This document shows, piece after piece, positions 26,755-38,884 of a stretch of 64,000 nucleotides of DNA. The notes beneath the pieces were generated by a model that was given only the letters and a program-made list of their open reading frames with translations, was not told the origin of the DNA and searched no databases. A program made the translations under genes and the position numbers. Origin of the DNA: Dendrobates tinctorius (lineage: Eukaryota); assembly GCF_039654945.1 (NCBI RefSeq), contig NW_027361674.1, forward strand, positions 14,012,001 to 14,076,000, in the 5' to 3' direction. Numbering within the stretch: the first letter of the stretch is position 1; each line of letters opens with the position of its first letter.

Positions 26755-27170
26755 ATGAAATCTGTCAGCAGGTATAGTTATGTTTGAGAGCAGTATGACG
26801 TAGTGGCAGATAGCCTGATTCCAGCAATGTGTCACTTGCTGGTCTGCATGCTCTCGTTTTGATACAATCACTATTTTCACTGCTGCAGATCTAGCAGGGC
26901 TGGGAATGCTGAGCTGTATGTAACCCCACCCGCACCACTGATTGGCTGCTTCCTGTGAACACTGTCAGCAAGCTGCCAATCAGGGGTGGGGGTGGACCAG
27001 GAAGCACAAGACACCTAGTCCTGTAGTGATAATCTCCTGCTGATAAAATACTGATTCAATTGAAATAGCAACACACAGCACAGTAAGTGAGACATTACGG
27101 AATCAGGGTCTCTGCTACTTTATAGCGCTGTTCTCAGACTACATAGCAAAAACTAGCTGACAGATTCCCT
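26755..27170. mobile_element. Kolobok/T2-type MITE
   Basis: TTAA TSDs; AATCTGTCAGC / GCTGACAGATT TIRs. Confidence 0.8.
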
Positions 27171-27587
27171 TTAAGAAGGAATAAAGCAGACCATATGTAA
27201 GAGATATCTGAAAACTGCCTGAATAACTATGGTATTTGAAATCTGTAGCGTGTGGACAGATTAAAAGGTTGGTCTTTAAGGTATTGATGCAATTATCCTT
27301 TGGTGAGAGACCACTGATGATGTCAGATAAAAAAACCCCCTGACATCTTCACAAGACCACCACCGCACCACGTCTATTAACTTGATCCATTTACTTTTTT
27401 TTCTTAAATTGTTTAAATAAAAGTAGCCAAGAGAAGATGACAAGGGATGAAGTGGTATAAATGGTTGGCAGTAGTCACACTGATTGGACCCCCACTGATA
27501 AGACATTGATGACCTATGACAGTAAAATGGCAGCTCCAGTCCAAAATCTCCAACAGGGCTCCCAACTATCACAGGTCTTTAACAGTC

Positions 27588-27820
27588 TTAGTCATTTGAA
27601 CTCCTAGGCCACTGTTTCCTTCCCCATCTCCATTCCTTGAGATCCACCAACAGGTCTTGTTTTTAGGATTTCCTTAGTATTGCCCAGGTTGTGGAACTCT
27701 GCAGGTGATGCAATTATCACCTGGGCAATACTAAGGAAACCCTGAAAACATGACCTGTTGGTGGATCTCAAGGAATGGAGACGGGGAAGGAAACAGTGGC
27801 CTAGGAGTTCAAAAGACTAA
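27588..27820. repeat. ~100-bp-arm palindrome built on a hAT MITE core
   Basis: Near-perfect inverted repeat; core matches the 24950-25129 family. Confidence 0.85.
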
Positions 27821-28386
27821 AATACTGGGGAACATGGTCTTAGACTTTGGGTCCAGGTGTAACTGCACCCATTAGAGTTAACTACGTGATGGCGGCAATA
27901 TTGATCCTGAGAAATCCTACAAGAAACTTTCAATCACCTATCCACAAGTTGTAGGACAAATACAGTATAGGATCAGTGAGGGCTTTCAGAATCACTAGAT
28001 CAGGAGACCCGAGTTTCTCTTTTTGGAAAGCATTGAATGGAGTGGCAAAATCAACTGTGTGACTACAACTCCATTCAAACTTCTCTGAATTTGGACTTCC
28101 AGTGATTGATCCAAGATTCTCAGTAATCATATGGATGGATGATAACCTTTTCATGAACTGACCCCTTCCAGTCATGAGGCATAATAGTCATTCATACCAG
28201 TAGGGCAAATGGGCATGTTGCCAAATGAGTTATTAAAAAAACACGATGATCTGCGCCATGCAATGAAAATTGGCCATAAAGTTTACAAATATGATTATTG
28301 AGCAGGTAAGATACCCACATTCTCTTAAATTATCTCATGTCGAAGAGAAGGAGATGATTACGAAGGATAAGAGCGCGCTCCCTTAC

Positions 28387-28543
28387 CTGCATAGTGGTCA
28401 AACACCGTTGGCACATACTGCTCAGGGAACGCATCATTGGCATAACTCATCACCAGACAAGTTTTTCCAACCGCACCATCGCCAACCACCACACACTTCA
28501 GCATCCTCTTCCCACTGCTGTCATTTTCGGCTCTTTTATCCAT
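28387..28543 (-). CDS. RHOJ: Rho-family GTPase RhoJ (TCL)-like, coding exon 1
   Basis: [52 protein letters not shown]; P-loop plus the RhoJ/RhoQ-specific MSYANDAFP...FDHYA; good Kozak GACATGG; phase-1 donor G|GTAAG at 28386; charged N-terminal extension favours RHOJ over RHOQ. Confidence 0.85.
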
Positions 28544-28850
28544 GTCCGGATGCTGCGAAACTCCTTTCAGAGCAAAATAGAAACAATTCTTTGATCCAAA
28601 ATCTTTTTTTCTTAGTTTCTCCCAAGAGGCTTGAACTCATAATGCACCCAACATTCTGCTCCAATGTCTTCCAATGATCATACTTGTAGGCTCGGTATTT
28701 TGCATGCAAGTGTTTATGCTACTCATTGCTACAATTCACAGACTTCCCTGACTTTCCCTCATCCTGACACACACAGCTCAGTGTTTGTGCATCACAGGAG
28801 GGGGAATTAGGCGTGTGGACGTCACTTGTCCCTCCAGTAGGCTGACCACA
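28544..28850 (-). promoter_or_regulatory. Putative 5' UTR and proximal promoter of RHOJ
   Basis: Unique non-TE sequence upstream of the ATG with ETS-like GGAA cores and a CRE-like TGACGTCC (~28817-28824); TSS not determinable. Confidence 0.4.
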
Positions 28851-31239
28851 GAAATCAGAGCTTGCTGCTAATCCTCTCCCAGCCTCCACTGTTTCCAGTA
28901 TCTAATATGGAAGGGAGGGCTGGAGGATGGAGATTTTTTTTTCAGAATCTTTCTTTTTGGGCTTACTCGGTGTCAGGAAATCATGAGTTTCCTGCCGAAT
29001 TCCATATTAGGATCAATGGGCTGGAGAACAGTGAGGAACAATGGGAGCTCTGTGTGTGTTTGAACTGTACAGGAACTTTGCCAGCGCTGTGAGTTACAAT
29101 AACACTAGAGGTCCCACTGCAGACTCTGGAGCGAAACTTCCTCCTTCTCCTCCTGGCTGGAGAGACTTAGATGATGTCACTACAGTGCTGTAATCAAACT
29201 ACTACACCAACAAGCACAGCAGGAAAGAAGAATCAGATCTTATTAACCGCTTCGCTTCCAGCCATCAATGCCAATATAACTACCCCCCAATTAGGAGGAA
29301 CTTTACCCATCACAGTGTCTTCCTCAAGGCTGTCAGTCACAACATGCTGTCTGTGTCGCGACACATTAGATGCCGTCTCCAGACTTCTTGGACATCTGTT
29401 TATCTCCGGAGACAATACAACCGCCACTCCAAAATTGGAGATGCTGGATCGATATTTCAAATTTTCTGGGGCTCCCATAGACCCAAAAGCCATTGATGTC
29501 ATTGGGTTCGGCTGACATTTCTCTAATGGGTATGGGGGGCTGGGTTGAGGCAATGATTGTAAATTCGGGCTTCGCTTCCAGGCATCAATGCCTATATAAC
29601 TACCCCAATTTTTGAACAACTTTACCCATCAGAGAGGTCTTCATCTTTTGACTCTCAAGGCCGCTTTTAACAACACATTAAATAGCTGTTGGCCGTCTGT
29701 CAGCCATCTCACCCGGCTGTCCCATACACAAGAGCACTTGTTTGGCCAAATTGCTCTTGTGTTCTCTATATCTGTCAGTGGCTTACCTCTGGGATACAGT
29801 ACAATCGGCAATACAACATCAGGGCTGCCATATACATCATAGAGTCAGCTAAACCCAGTGGCGTAACTACAAAGTTATGGGGCCCGGTGAGAACTTTCAA
29901 ATGGGGACCCCCCATGCCAAAATATTTTCCACCCAAATTTAAATTTTCCCTATTCGTTTCGCACACAATAGTTTTGTTGCAATGTTGTATAGTCTGACCT
30001 AATACTGTCTTGTAATCGCTGAGAAAAATGATTTTATAACTCACATGTTCCTATGCTAATTATGGTGATGTCTTCGGAAGTGCAGACACTCTGGGTGTTC
30101 ATTTCCTCCCTTGCTCCAATTCCAAGCGCACTCCCGAAGTTTGAAATCTGTGTGCTGTTTGCACCTGGTATGACACTGCAGCGCATCATTTCCAATCCTG
30201 TGCAGTGTGGGGGTGTATTGGGTGTACTGGGCGGCTCCGGAGCATGCGCACTGCACATTCTGAATCTGGCGAGTACACCCAATACTCCCAAACAATGCAC
30301 AGGGCCGGAAATGACGCGGACGCATGTCATAGCAGGAAGAAACCGCACACAGATTTCAAACACCGGGAGTGCGCTTAGAATTGGAGCGAGGGAGGACATG
30401 AACGCCCAGAGCTGGGTGCAGAGATGTATCTAGGTTTTCTAGCACCTTGGGCAAGAATTCAGCTTGGCGCCATCCCCCCCAAGCACACATGTGATTTGCA
30501 CACTTAGTCATGTACTGACGAGCTGCTCTCCCTAATGCTCTCAATGATCAGTGAAAAACTGAGAAGAGAAGCTCGTTGTCACAGGACCATAAGAATGAAA
30601 ATCGCATATGAGTGAAGTGTCCATGTGATGACTATTGGAACCTGCAGAGCTGAATCCTGACATTGCAGCTTCTTAATTCTCACAACAAATGCACTGCACA
30701 CTTTTAGGATTCTCACTTTCGATGGACAGTCATGTCAGCACAAGTATGTGATTTATATACTTCTGGCCACATTCTGATTAGACGTGCCCGGCCTCGCTCA
30801 ATTCATTTTCACTGAGTGAGGCCATACATGTCTAGTCAGCATGTGACCGCATGTATGTAAATTACCGGCACGAGAGAATCCTGACAGCGTTCAGTGAGCA
30901 CTGTGAGAATTCAGAAGTCTGCAGTCACTTAGAATGACTGCAAACGCATCATAAACCTGGACAACCCCTTTAATGCTCCTAACATAAATAAAAACATGAG
31001 AATTAGTCAGTATCACAAATAATATTTACATCCAGGTACCTTATAGATGTCATTGTCTCTGGAATCGTTCTACTTCTTTCCTTCATCTCCCAACGATGAG
31101 TTTTCTCATCCACATCTCGTCTCTGCAGACTTCCATCTTCACCGCTCTTTTGCAGAAAATCTCCACATGATGCCATTAAAGATAGTAGTGTCATTATAAT
31201 ACTCCTGAATAAAAAATTGCCCCTCACAGTACTGTCTGC

Positions 31240-33432
31240 ACAAAATATGACCCCTACACTGTCCCTTTTATGGTACATGCTCTTTACACTGACCTCTCCT
31301 TTCCATACTGGCCCCCTCTACACACTGTCCTCTCACACTGTGTCCTCCCTATAGGGCCCAGTTTCTATACTGTACTCTGTCATCACAGTCCCCCTCCTAG
31401 GTATAATGTCCCCTCCTGGCTGTACCCTTACACTGTCTCCCCATGCTACACCCCCACTATTCAGTTTCTATTCTTTGCCTACTCTCTCACTTACTGTCTC
31501 CTCACACTATTCCCCTCCCTCCTTATACTGTCTCTTCTCACATGCCCCCCTCTTCACCATACTGTCTCCTCATATATTTACCCCTTCACTTTCTATACTG
31601 CCTGATCACACAAGCCCCTCACACATACCTCCACTGTGTCTGCACACATTCTATCACCCTCACTCTCCGTACTCTGTCGACATACATTTTTCATATCGCT
31701 ACTAATACAGTGTCCGCATACATTCCCCGTTTGCTCCCCATACTGTCTGCACCCATCCCCACTCACCATACTGTGTCGGCACCCATCCCCCCCATACTGT
31801 TTCCTAATACATGCCCCACATTCCCCCATACTGTTTCCTCATACATGCCCCCCATTTCCCAGTACTGTTTCCTCATACATACCCCATACTGTTTCCTCGT
31901 ACATTTGTAACAAGGAGGCATGGGGGGGTAGTTATGGCCGAGTTATGAGTAAAGGCATAGTCCACAGACAAAGTCCACTGAGCAAACGGTCAGCGAGCAC
32001 CCCTGGCAGTTGTACATAAATAGGACTGACACAGCTTCTTTCAACGTGTTACCCTCCGGCCACATTACTCCAGGCAAGTAAAGTCCAAGAACAAAGCTGC
32101 AGTCCAACAGGGAATAACTTTTAATAAACATTGATGAAGAAGAAAAGAATACAACACTGACTTCCTGTTCTCTCCCTGACACTATCCACGGCCGTACCCA
32201 CAACAGCCATAGTAGTTGAAGTTACGCAGTAATCCACTCGCTGGAATCTGGATGCTTATAGTCCCTTCAGCTGGAGCCCTTCCCTTCTGAGGTCCTGGGG
32301 CCCGTGTTGTGGTCCTTAAGTCCTCTTGAGTCCGGGGCAGCAGATCTTCTCCCCACTGGGAGTCTGGCAATGCCCCGGCTGCTACTACACATTTGCTTAG
32401 GGCTAAGGTGCCTGCTACTGGCCCAGCCCCTAACTTAACCCCTAACTGTCCCTAGCTTAACAGTAGTAATTAAAGGGGAACTCCCCACAATACACAATAC
32501 AGTATATAGTAAACAGGTACAACATATGACGGTACATTGGGGATTCACACATTGCGAACAGCATAGGAATACATAACAAATATTACATTAGCACACTAGA
32601 CATAAACAATACAGTATATGCACACATCAGAAACAGGACAGTGCACATAGGAGAGAGGAGAGCAGACGGGTGGGGGGTTCCTGTCACTGCCTTACACATG
32701 CCATCCATTCCCCCATACTGTTTCCTCGTATATGCCCCCCATTCCCCCATACTGTTTCATCATACATGCCCCCCATTCTCCTCTACTGTTTCCTCATACA
32801 TGCCCCCATTCCCCTGTACTGTTTCCTCATACATGCCCTGCATCTCCCCCTTTGCTTCTCATTTTGTGTCCTCAAATCCCCCCCACATTAAATCCCCCAT
32901 CCCCACTCTAAATCTCCCCACACACATTAAATCCCCCATCCCCACTCCAAATCTCCCCCACACATTAAACACCCCATCCCCCTCCAAATGTTCCCACCCA
33001 CACTAAGCACCTCCATCCCCCTCCAAATCTCCACATACACATAAATCCCCCCATTCGCACTTTACTGTTTCCTCATACATGCCCTGCATCTCCCTCTTTG
33101 CTTTTCATTTTGTGCCCTCAAATCCCCCCCACACAATAAAATCCCCCATCCCCACTCCAAATCTCCCCACACACATTAAATCCCCCATCCCCCTCAAACC
33201 CCCCCCACACATTAAATCCCCCATCCCCACTCCAAATTTCCCCACACACATTAAATCCCCCATCCCCCTCCAAATCTCCCCACACACAATAAATCCCCCC
33301 ATCCCCCTCCAAATCTTCCCACCCACATTAAGATCCTCCCATCCCCTCCAAATCTCTACACACACATAATAAATCCCCCCATTCCCACTCCAAAGCCCCC
33401 CCAAATCTCCATCCACACATTAAATCCCCCCA
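31240..33432. repeat. C-rich minisatellites (~35-bp CCATACTGTTTCCTCATACATGCCC and ~37-bp CACATTAAATCCCCCATCCCC units)
   Basis: Visible degenerate tandem units, interrupted by the solo LTR at 31906-32696. Confidence 0.85.
31906..32696 (-). mobile_element. Solo LTR
   Basis: TGTAA...TTACA termini; imperfect 4-bp TSD CATT/CATG; splits a minisatellite unit; strand tentative. Confidence 0.7.
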
Positions 33433-35870
33433 TGAACTTAATCTTCAGTGTCTTCCGCTCCACTGGAGCACTTACCACCCATATGCCTCTCTGCAGCGCC
33501 GGCCAGAGACGTCAGCAGCATGATCACATGACATGATCACACTGCTGGCGTCGCTCTGACCTGGCGGTCATAGCTTCAATTGTACTTGCGTCTGTAACAT
33601 ACGAGTACAATTGATACCTGGGAGTCAGCACGCTGCAACTTCTCTGTGCTGGCTGTCAGTTTGACAGCTGGCACAGAGAACATCCGACTCCCAGTCCGGG
33701 GAGCGGCAGAATGCAGCCGCAGGGGGAGACACTGCGGACCGCCGCATTAGGTGGCCTGACTGCGCCCCATTGCCGGCTGCGCCCGCGGCACATGCCCTGG
33801 CTGCCACCCCCTAGATATGCCGCTGGCTGGGCAGGCCCCTTAGCACTCCAGACCCCGTCACAGCTGCACCCCTGCAACCTCGGTAGTTACGCCCCTGGCT
33901 AAACCCATGGATATCAATGAGTTCAGCTGAAATTATTCTCATGTGTAAGAGGGGGATGGGTTCAGAGGCAGATATTGGCCCAGCATGGCTTAATCTGCTT
34001 GTCCACATCACAAATTGCGAATATGATCCACAGCAGAAATTATTATATTTTTTTTTTGGAGTGTATGCTACTTATTTCCATGGTGCATTTTTTCCACAGC
34101 CCAGGCAAAACTCTACAATGAAATTTTTACTTATGGCGCAGTCAGACGACTGTAGAAATCATACTGAGGTCGGATTGCAGTGTACGGACTGGCCGGCGGC
34201 TCTCCCGACCCAAACGTGACAGCTGCACAGAAATATATGCAACTGTCACACTTAGTTCAGGAGACCCGCCGGCCAGTCTGTGCATTGCATTCTGATCTCT
34301 GTTCGATTTTTATGGCCATCTGACTGCAGCCTTTGAATGTGATTGTGACTGCAGTAACCTATTTAAATGTATGGGGTGCAAGTTGTCAAATTTGAACTGA
34401 GAGATCAGGTTCTAGTCCGATATGGTGGGAACAGTGTCCTAAAGTACATCAGCTGGAGTGCAGGCTATAGATGGTAAAAAAAACAGTCCAAGTTGTAGTT
34501 GGCTTTTCTTTTACTCAGGGCAAAAGCCTAATTTAGATCTTGTCCAACACCCAAGTATCCCCAGCCAGTGGTTTGTTAGCCAAAGCGAACCATAACTTTT
34601 CCCTTAATGACTGGCAGAGGCCTGGAAAACTTCTTTAGAGAGCCTTGAGATTAGCCCTCATTTATTTTATGATATTTATTGACGTTTACAGATAATCTTT
34701 CCCTCTTGCTGGTTTAGATATCCATACTTTTGGATCACCCTTGGTGTAGTGGAAATCAGCATTGGATGCACTGACTGATCATGCAATAGAGCCATTTCAC
34801 ACCACCATACAGCAGACATGTCTTCTCCTCTGTATTACAGCTTCAAGTCTGCACCCAACTACCAATCTCATGGTCTAAGGCTGGGTTTCCATATTCAACG
34901 ACCATCCAGATCACATCAGCTTCCTTGTGCCTCAACTGATGACAAAACAGATGTCAAAATGGCACCAGTTCTCATTAATCATTTTCGCTTGTTTCTACTG
35001 CAAAACTGAGTGAGAAAAATACAACATGTAGTTTCAGCTCCTTGAATGGTCCAGAGCAACAATCGATGCACCAGATGGATGTGAAAAATCCCATAGCAAA
35101 TCTATGGAATCTGTTCTCGCATCAGCTTCACTCCAACATTTCACTGCCATACTGGAGGGAAAAAAATTACATGTGTCTATAGACCATATTATGAGGGTCT
35201 TGTGGCGTGGCTAAGGGTCGTATAGTCGATGGGAGGTATGTGTCTCAGAGATGGCTTGTCTCTGTAATGAAATCCCAGAGTGTTTCTTTAGTACACATAA
35301 GCCCTAATGGATATCATTATATTTCTAATGTTTTGCAAGGACCTGTGGTGAGGTCAGAATCACATGACTAGTCAGCTGCTGGGTTCGTGGGTGTGGCTAT
35401 ACCTTTATGATGAAAAAACAAAAAAACTGAACTGAAGTAGAATTGAATGACATGCATGATGTAAAAGCATGTTCACATTGGCCATAAAAGCAAGCAAAAC
35501 CAAAGGAAAAAAAAAAAAGGAAAATGATGTAGACTACTTCTGACACAGAGAGCTGTATGTGGGGAGGGATAAGCCTCCTGTGTGTGCTGGGGCTCCAGGA
35601 CCGAGCCTGAAGTAATGGTCATTTGTGCTTTCTTTTGCCTGAGCTAAAGGCTATTTCTTTTGTTTTGTGCTGCTTTATGGGTTATGCCACAATAAACCCT
35701 ATGAACTTTAAAAGGAACGTGCCTCCTGATTGTCTCCCGTTGCACCTGAGCGAGTACAATCCCTACAATTGGTGCTAGACATGCAGGCAGCGTTCCCAGC
35801 AGAGCCTTAAGACTGTTACTGCATGTCCTGGGTCAAGTTTGCAGCAAGCCAGCAAGCATTGCCTGGAAAA

Positions 35871-38800
35871 ATGGAGGACCTGCTGAAACACCTGGTCCAG
35901 TCCCAGGCACAGCAACAGGAGACCAACAGGTTGCTGTTACAGCAGATCCAGCAGGAGCAACGGCAATGACAGCAGATCCATCTTCTGGCAACCGCCATCC
36001 AGGAGGGCAGGACGAGCACCCCAACCCCAGGTCTGGCTGATGACACCCACGTCAGGAAGGCGGTAAGACGCGCATTGCAGAAAATGACCCCTGAGGATGA
36101 TGTTGAGGCCTTCCTGACAGTGTTTGAGAGGGTGGCTGAGGGAAAAACTTCAGCGAGAGCAGTGGGCAGAGGTACTGGCCCCATACCTGACGGGGGAGCC
36201 CCAGAAGGCGTACTATGACTTAGCTTTGCAAGACGCCAAGGAGTATCCCAAACAAAAGCCGAGATTCTCGCACGTTTGGGGATGACAATGACTGTCAGGG
36301 CACAGCAAGTTCACCACTGGGCCTATCACCGGGACAAACCACCTTGCTCCCAAATGTTCGACCTGTTGCACCTGGTCCAGAAATGGCTACAGCCAGAGTC
36401 TTCTACTACTGCACAGATGGTAGAGTGGGTGGTGATGGATCGGTTTGTGCATTCCCTGCCGAGACCCCTACAGACTTGGGTTTCCCAGGGTGATCCCCAG
36501 AATGCCAATGAACTGGTTGGACTGGTCGAGAGATACCAGGGGATGGAAGGCTCCTTGGGGAAGCAGCCCATTCCGTATTGGGGGTTCCAGCAGGGGCGGA
36601 GTCCCAAAAAGGGGTGGGGTGTCCAAGGTCAAAAGGGGCGGGGGAGGCGGTGCCCAAGGTCCCCACGGGTGATATTATTTGCTGGAAGTGCCACTGGCCT
36701 GGACATATAGCTGCCCGTTGTCCCCAGACCACCAAGCAGATGGACTGCAGCATGGGACGCCGTAGTTCATACTGTGCATATCCAGCCTGCAGTGTGAACT
36801 CTCCACCTAACGAGGGGCCACCAAGCGTGTCCCGTGAAGGTGAACGTTCGAGCAGTAATGGCGCTGCTAGACTCCGGGAGCTTGGTGACCCTTGAACGGG
36901 CCACTGTTCCTCTCAACCTACTCCTGGGTAAAAAGGTCGGCGTTCGGTGCATACATGGTGATGCAAAAGACTACCCTATGGCCAGGGTGAATATTGAAAC
37001 GGCGCATGGCACCGAGTCCCATGAAGTTGGCGTTGTTCGGGACTTGTTGCATCCTATAATTATAGGCCGGGATTTCTGTCTATTTTGGGAGCTGTTGGGT
37101 AAGGGTTCTGAGATTGCTAGCAAGAGCAGGGAACCAATGAACCCTAATAAGTTATCGCCACCACCAGAGGCAGACGGGTTCCCTTTTTGTGTCCTTGTGG
37201 GGGATGAGGAGGAAGTGTCCCTTGTATCTGACATTCCGGAGTTGGGGTTGGCCGGTGAGAATTTTGGGACTGCCCAACAAAGGGACCCAACGCTGAGGGA
37301 AGACTTCAACAATGTCACCGTCATTAATGGGGTTGCACAAGAGCCAGGAGCAGACACAAGGTTTCCCTATTTTATGATGAGTGGGGAGTTGTTATACCGG
37401 GTCATGAAAATAAGGGAGGAGTTGGTAGAGCAGTTAATAGTACCAGGCCCCTATACTGTAGACGGAAAGTGTTGGACATGGCCCATTCATACATCTTGGG
37501 GGGACACCTGGGGGTGGAAAAAACGCAGGAACGGGTTGTGCAGAGGTTCTATTGGCCTGGGTATCACCAGGAAATAGTAAACTATTGCAGGTCCTGCCCT
37601 GCATGTCCTTTAACTGCCCCATCTCATTTCCGGAACCCCCTTGTGCCATTGCCCATTACTGAGGTGCCATTTGAGAGAATTGCCATGGACTTGGTCGGTC
37701 CCTTAGATAAATCAGCCCGGGGCCATCAGTATATATTAGTCATCCTGGACTATGCCACACACTATCCTGAGGCAATTCCCCTGAGATATTCCTCCACGAA
37801 GAGAATAGCCCGCGAGTTGGTCCATGTGTTTTCCCGGACGGGTTTGCAGAAGGAGATCCTGACCGACCAGGGGACACCTTTTATGAGCAAGGTGATGAGG
37901 GAGTTGTGCAAGGTTCTGCAAATCTCCCAGTTGAGGATTTCAGTGTACCATACGCAGTCAGATGGCCTTGTTGAGAGGTTTAACAAGACACTGAAGAGCA
38001 TGCTAAGAAAAGCCATAGAGAAAGATGGTAGAGACTGGAATTGTCTCTTACCGTATTTGCTGTTTTCTATCCATGAAGTTCCCCAGGACTCCACAGGGTT
38101 CTCGCCCTTCGAGCTTCTGTACGGCTGACATCGGCGAGGTCTCCTAGATATAGCCAAGGAAACCTGGGAAGCCAAAGTCACGCCCCACAGAAGCGTCATT
38201 GAGCATGTGGCACTGATGCAGCAGAAGGTTGCCAAGGTGATGCCCATTGTTAAAGAACATCTCCGCCAGGCACAAGAGGCTCAGGCCAGGGTCTACAACC
38301 GGTCAGCAAGAGTGAGGCAGGTCAATCCGGGAGACAGAGTTCTCATGCTAATTCCGACGGTGAAGAGTAAGTTCTTGGCCAAGTGGCAAGGGCCATATGA
38401 GGTGGTGGAGAAGCTTGGTGAGGTAAATTATAAAATTCACTAACCTGGTAGATGGAAACCATACCAGGTTTACCATGTCAACCTCATCAAACCGTGGCAA
38501 GATAGAGAGCCAGTGGTAACTCTGTGCTTGCTGGGCAACCTAGAAGGTGAGGTTGGAGCGGTTACCATAGTGGAGACGCTATCAAAGGCCCAGAAAAAGC
38601 AGTGCTGGGAGTTACTCCAGAAAACAGGGACCTGTTTTCAGAGTTGCCGGAGTTCACGAAGGTTGTGGAGCACAAAATTCTGACCGAGCCACATGTGCGG
38701 GTGAACATGAAGCCTTATCGAATTCCCGAGGCCCGTCGAGAAGTAATCTCCAAGGAGGTGCAGCGTATGTTGAAGCTCGGGGTCATTGAGGAATCCAAGA

Positions 38801-38884
38801 GCGGCTGGTCGAGCCCGATTGTCTTGGTCCCAAAACCTGATGGTGAATGGAGGTTCTGCAATGACTACCGGAAGCTGAATGAGA
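35871..38884 (+). pseudogene. Element D gag (SCAN-like, zinc knuckle), protease, integrase and RT N-terminus
   Basis: KWLQPESSTTAQMVEWVVMDRFVHSLP (SCAN-like); CWKCHWPGHIAARC; ALLDSGS; GGHLG...CPAC, IAMDLVGP, LTDQG, GLVERFN; WRFCNDYRKLN; stops and frameshifts. Confidence 0.9.

Larger units (their letters stand above)
30419..33825. mobile_element. Inner non-autonomous hAT element
   Basis: Termini CAGAGATGTATCTAG / CTAGATATGCCGCTG; TSD GCTGGGTG / GCTGGGCA (both derivable from GCTGGGCG). Confidence 0.72.
29856..33897. mobile_element. Composite non-autonomous hAT element (outer)
   Basis: TIR CAGTGGCGTAACTAC / GTAGTTACGCCCCTG; perfect 8-bp TSD GCTAAACC; internal palindrome ~30089-30411. Confidence 0.88.

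Noticed and set aside
31270-33416. Pro/His-rich and Gly-rich ORFs
   Set aside because: Translations of minisatellites
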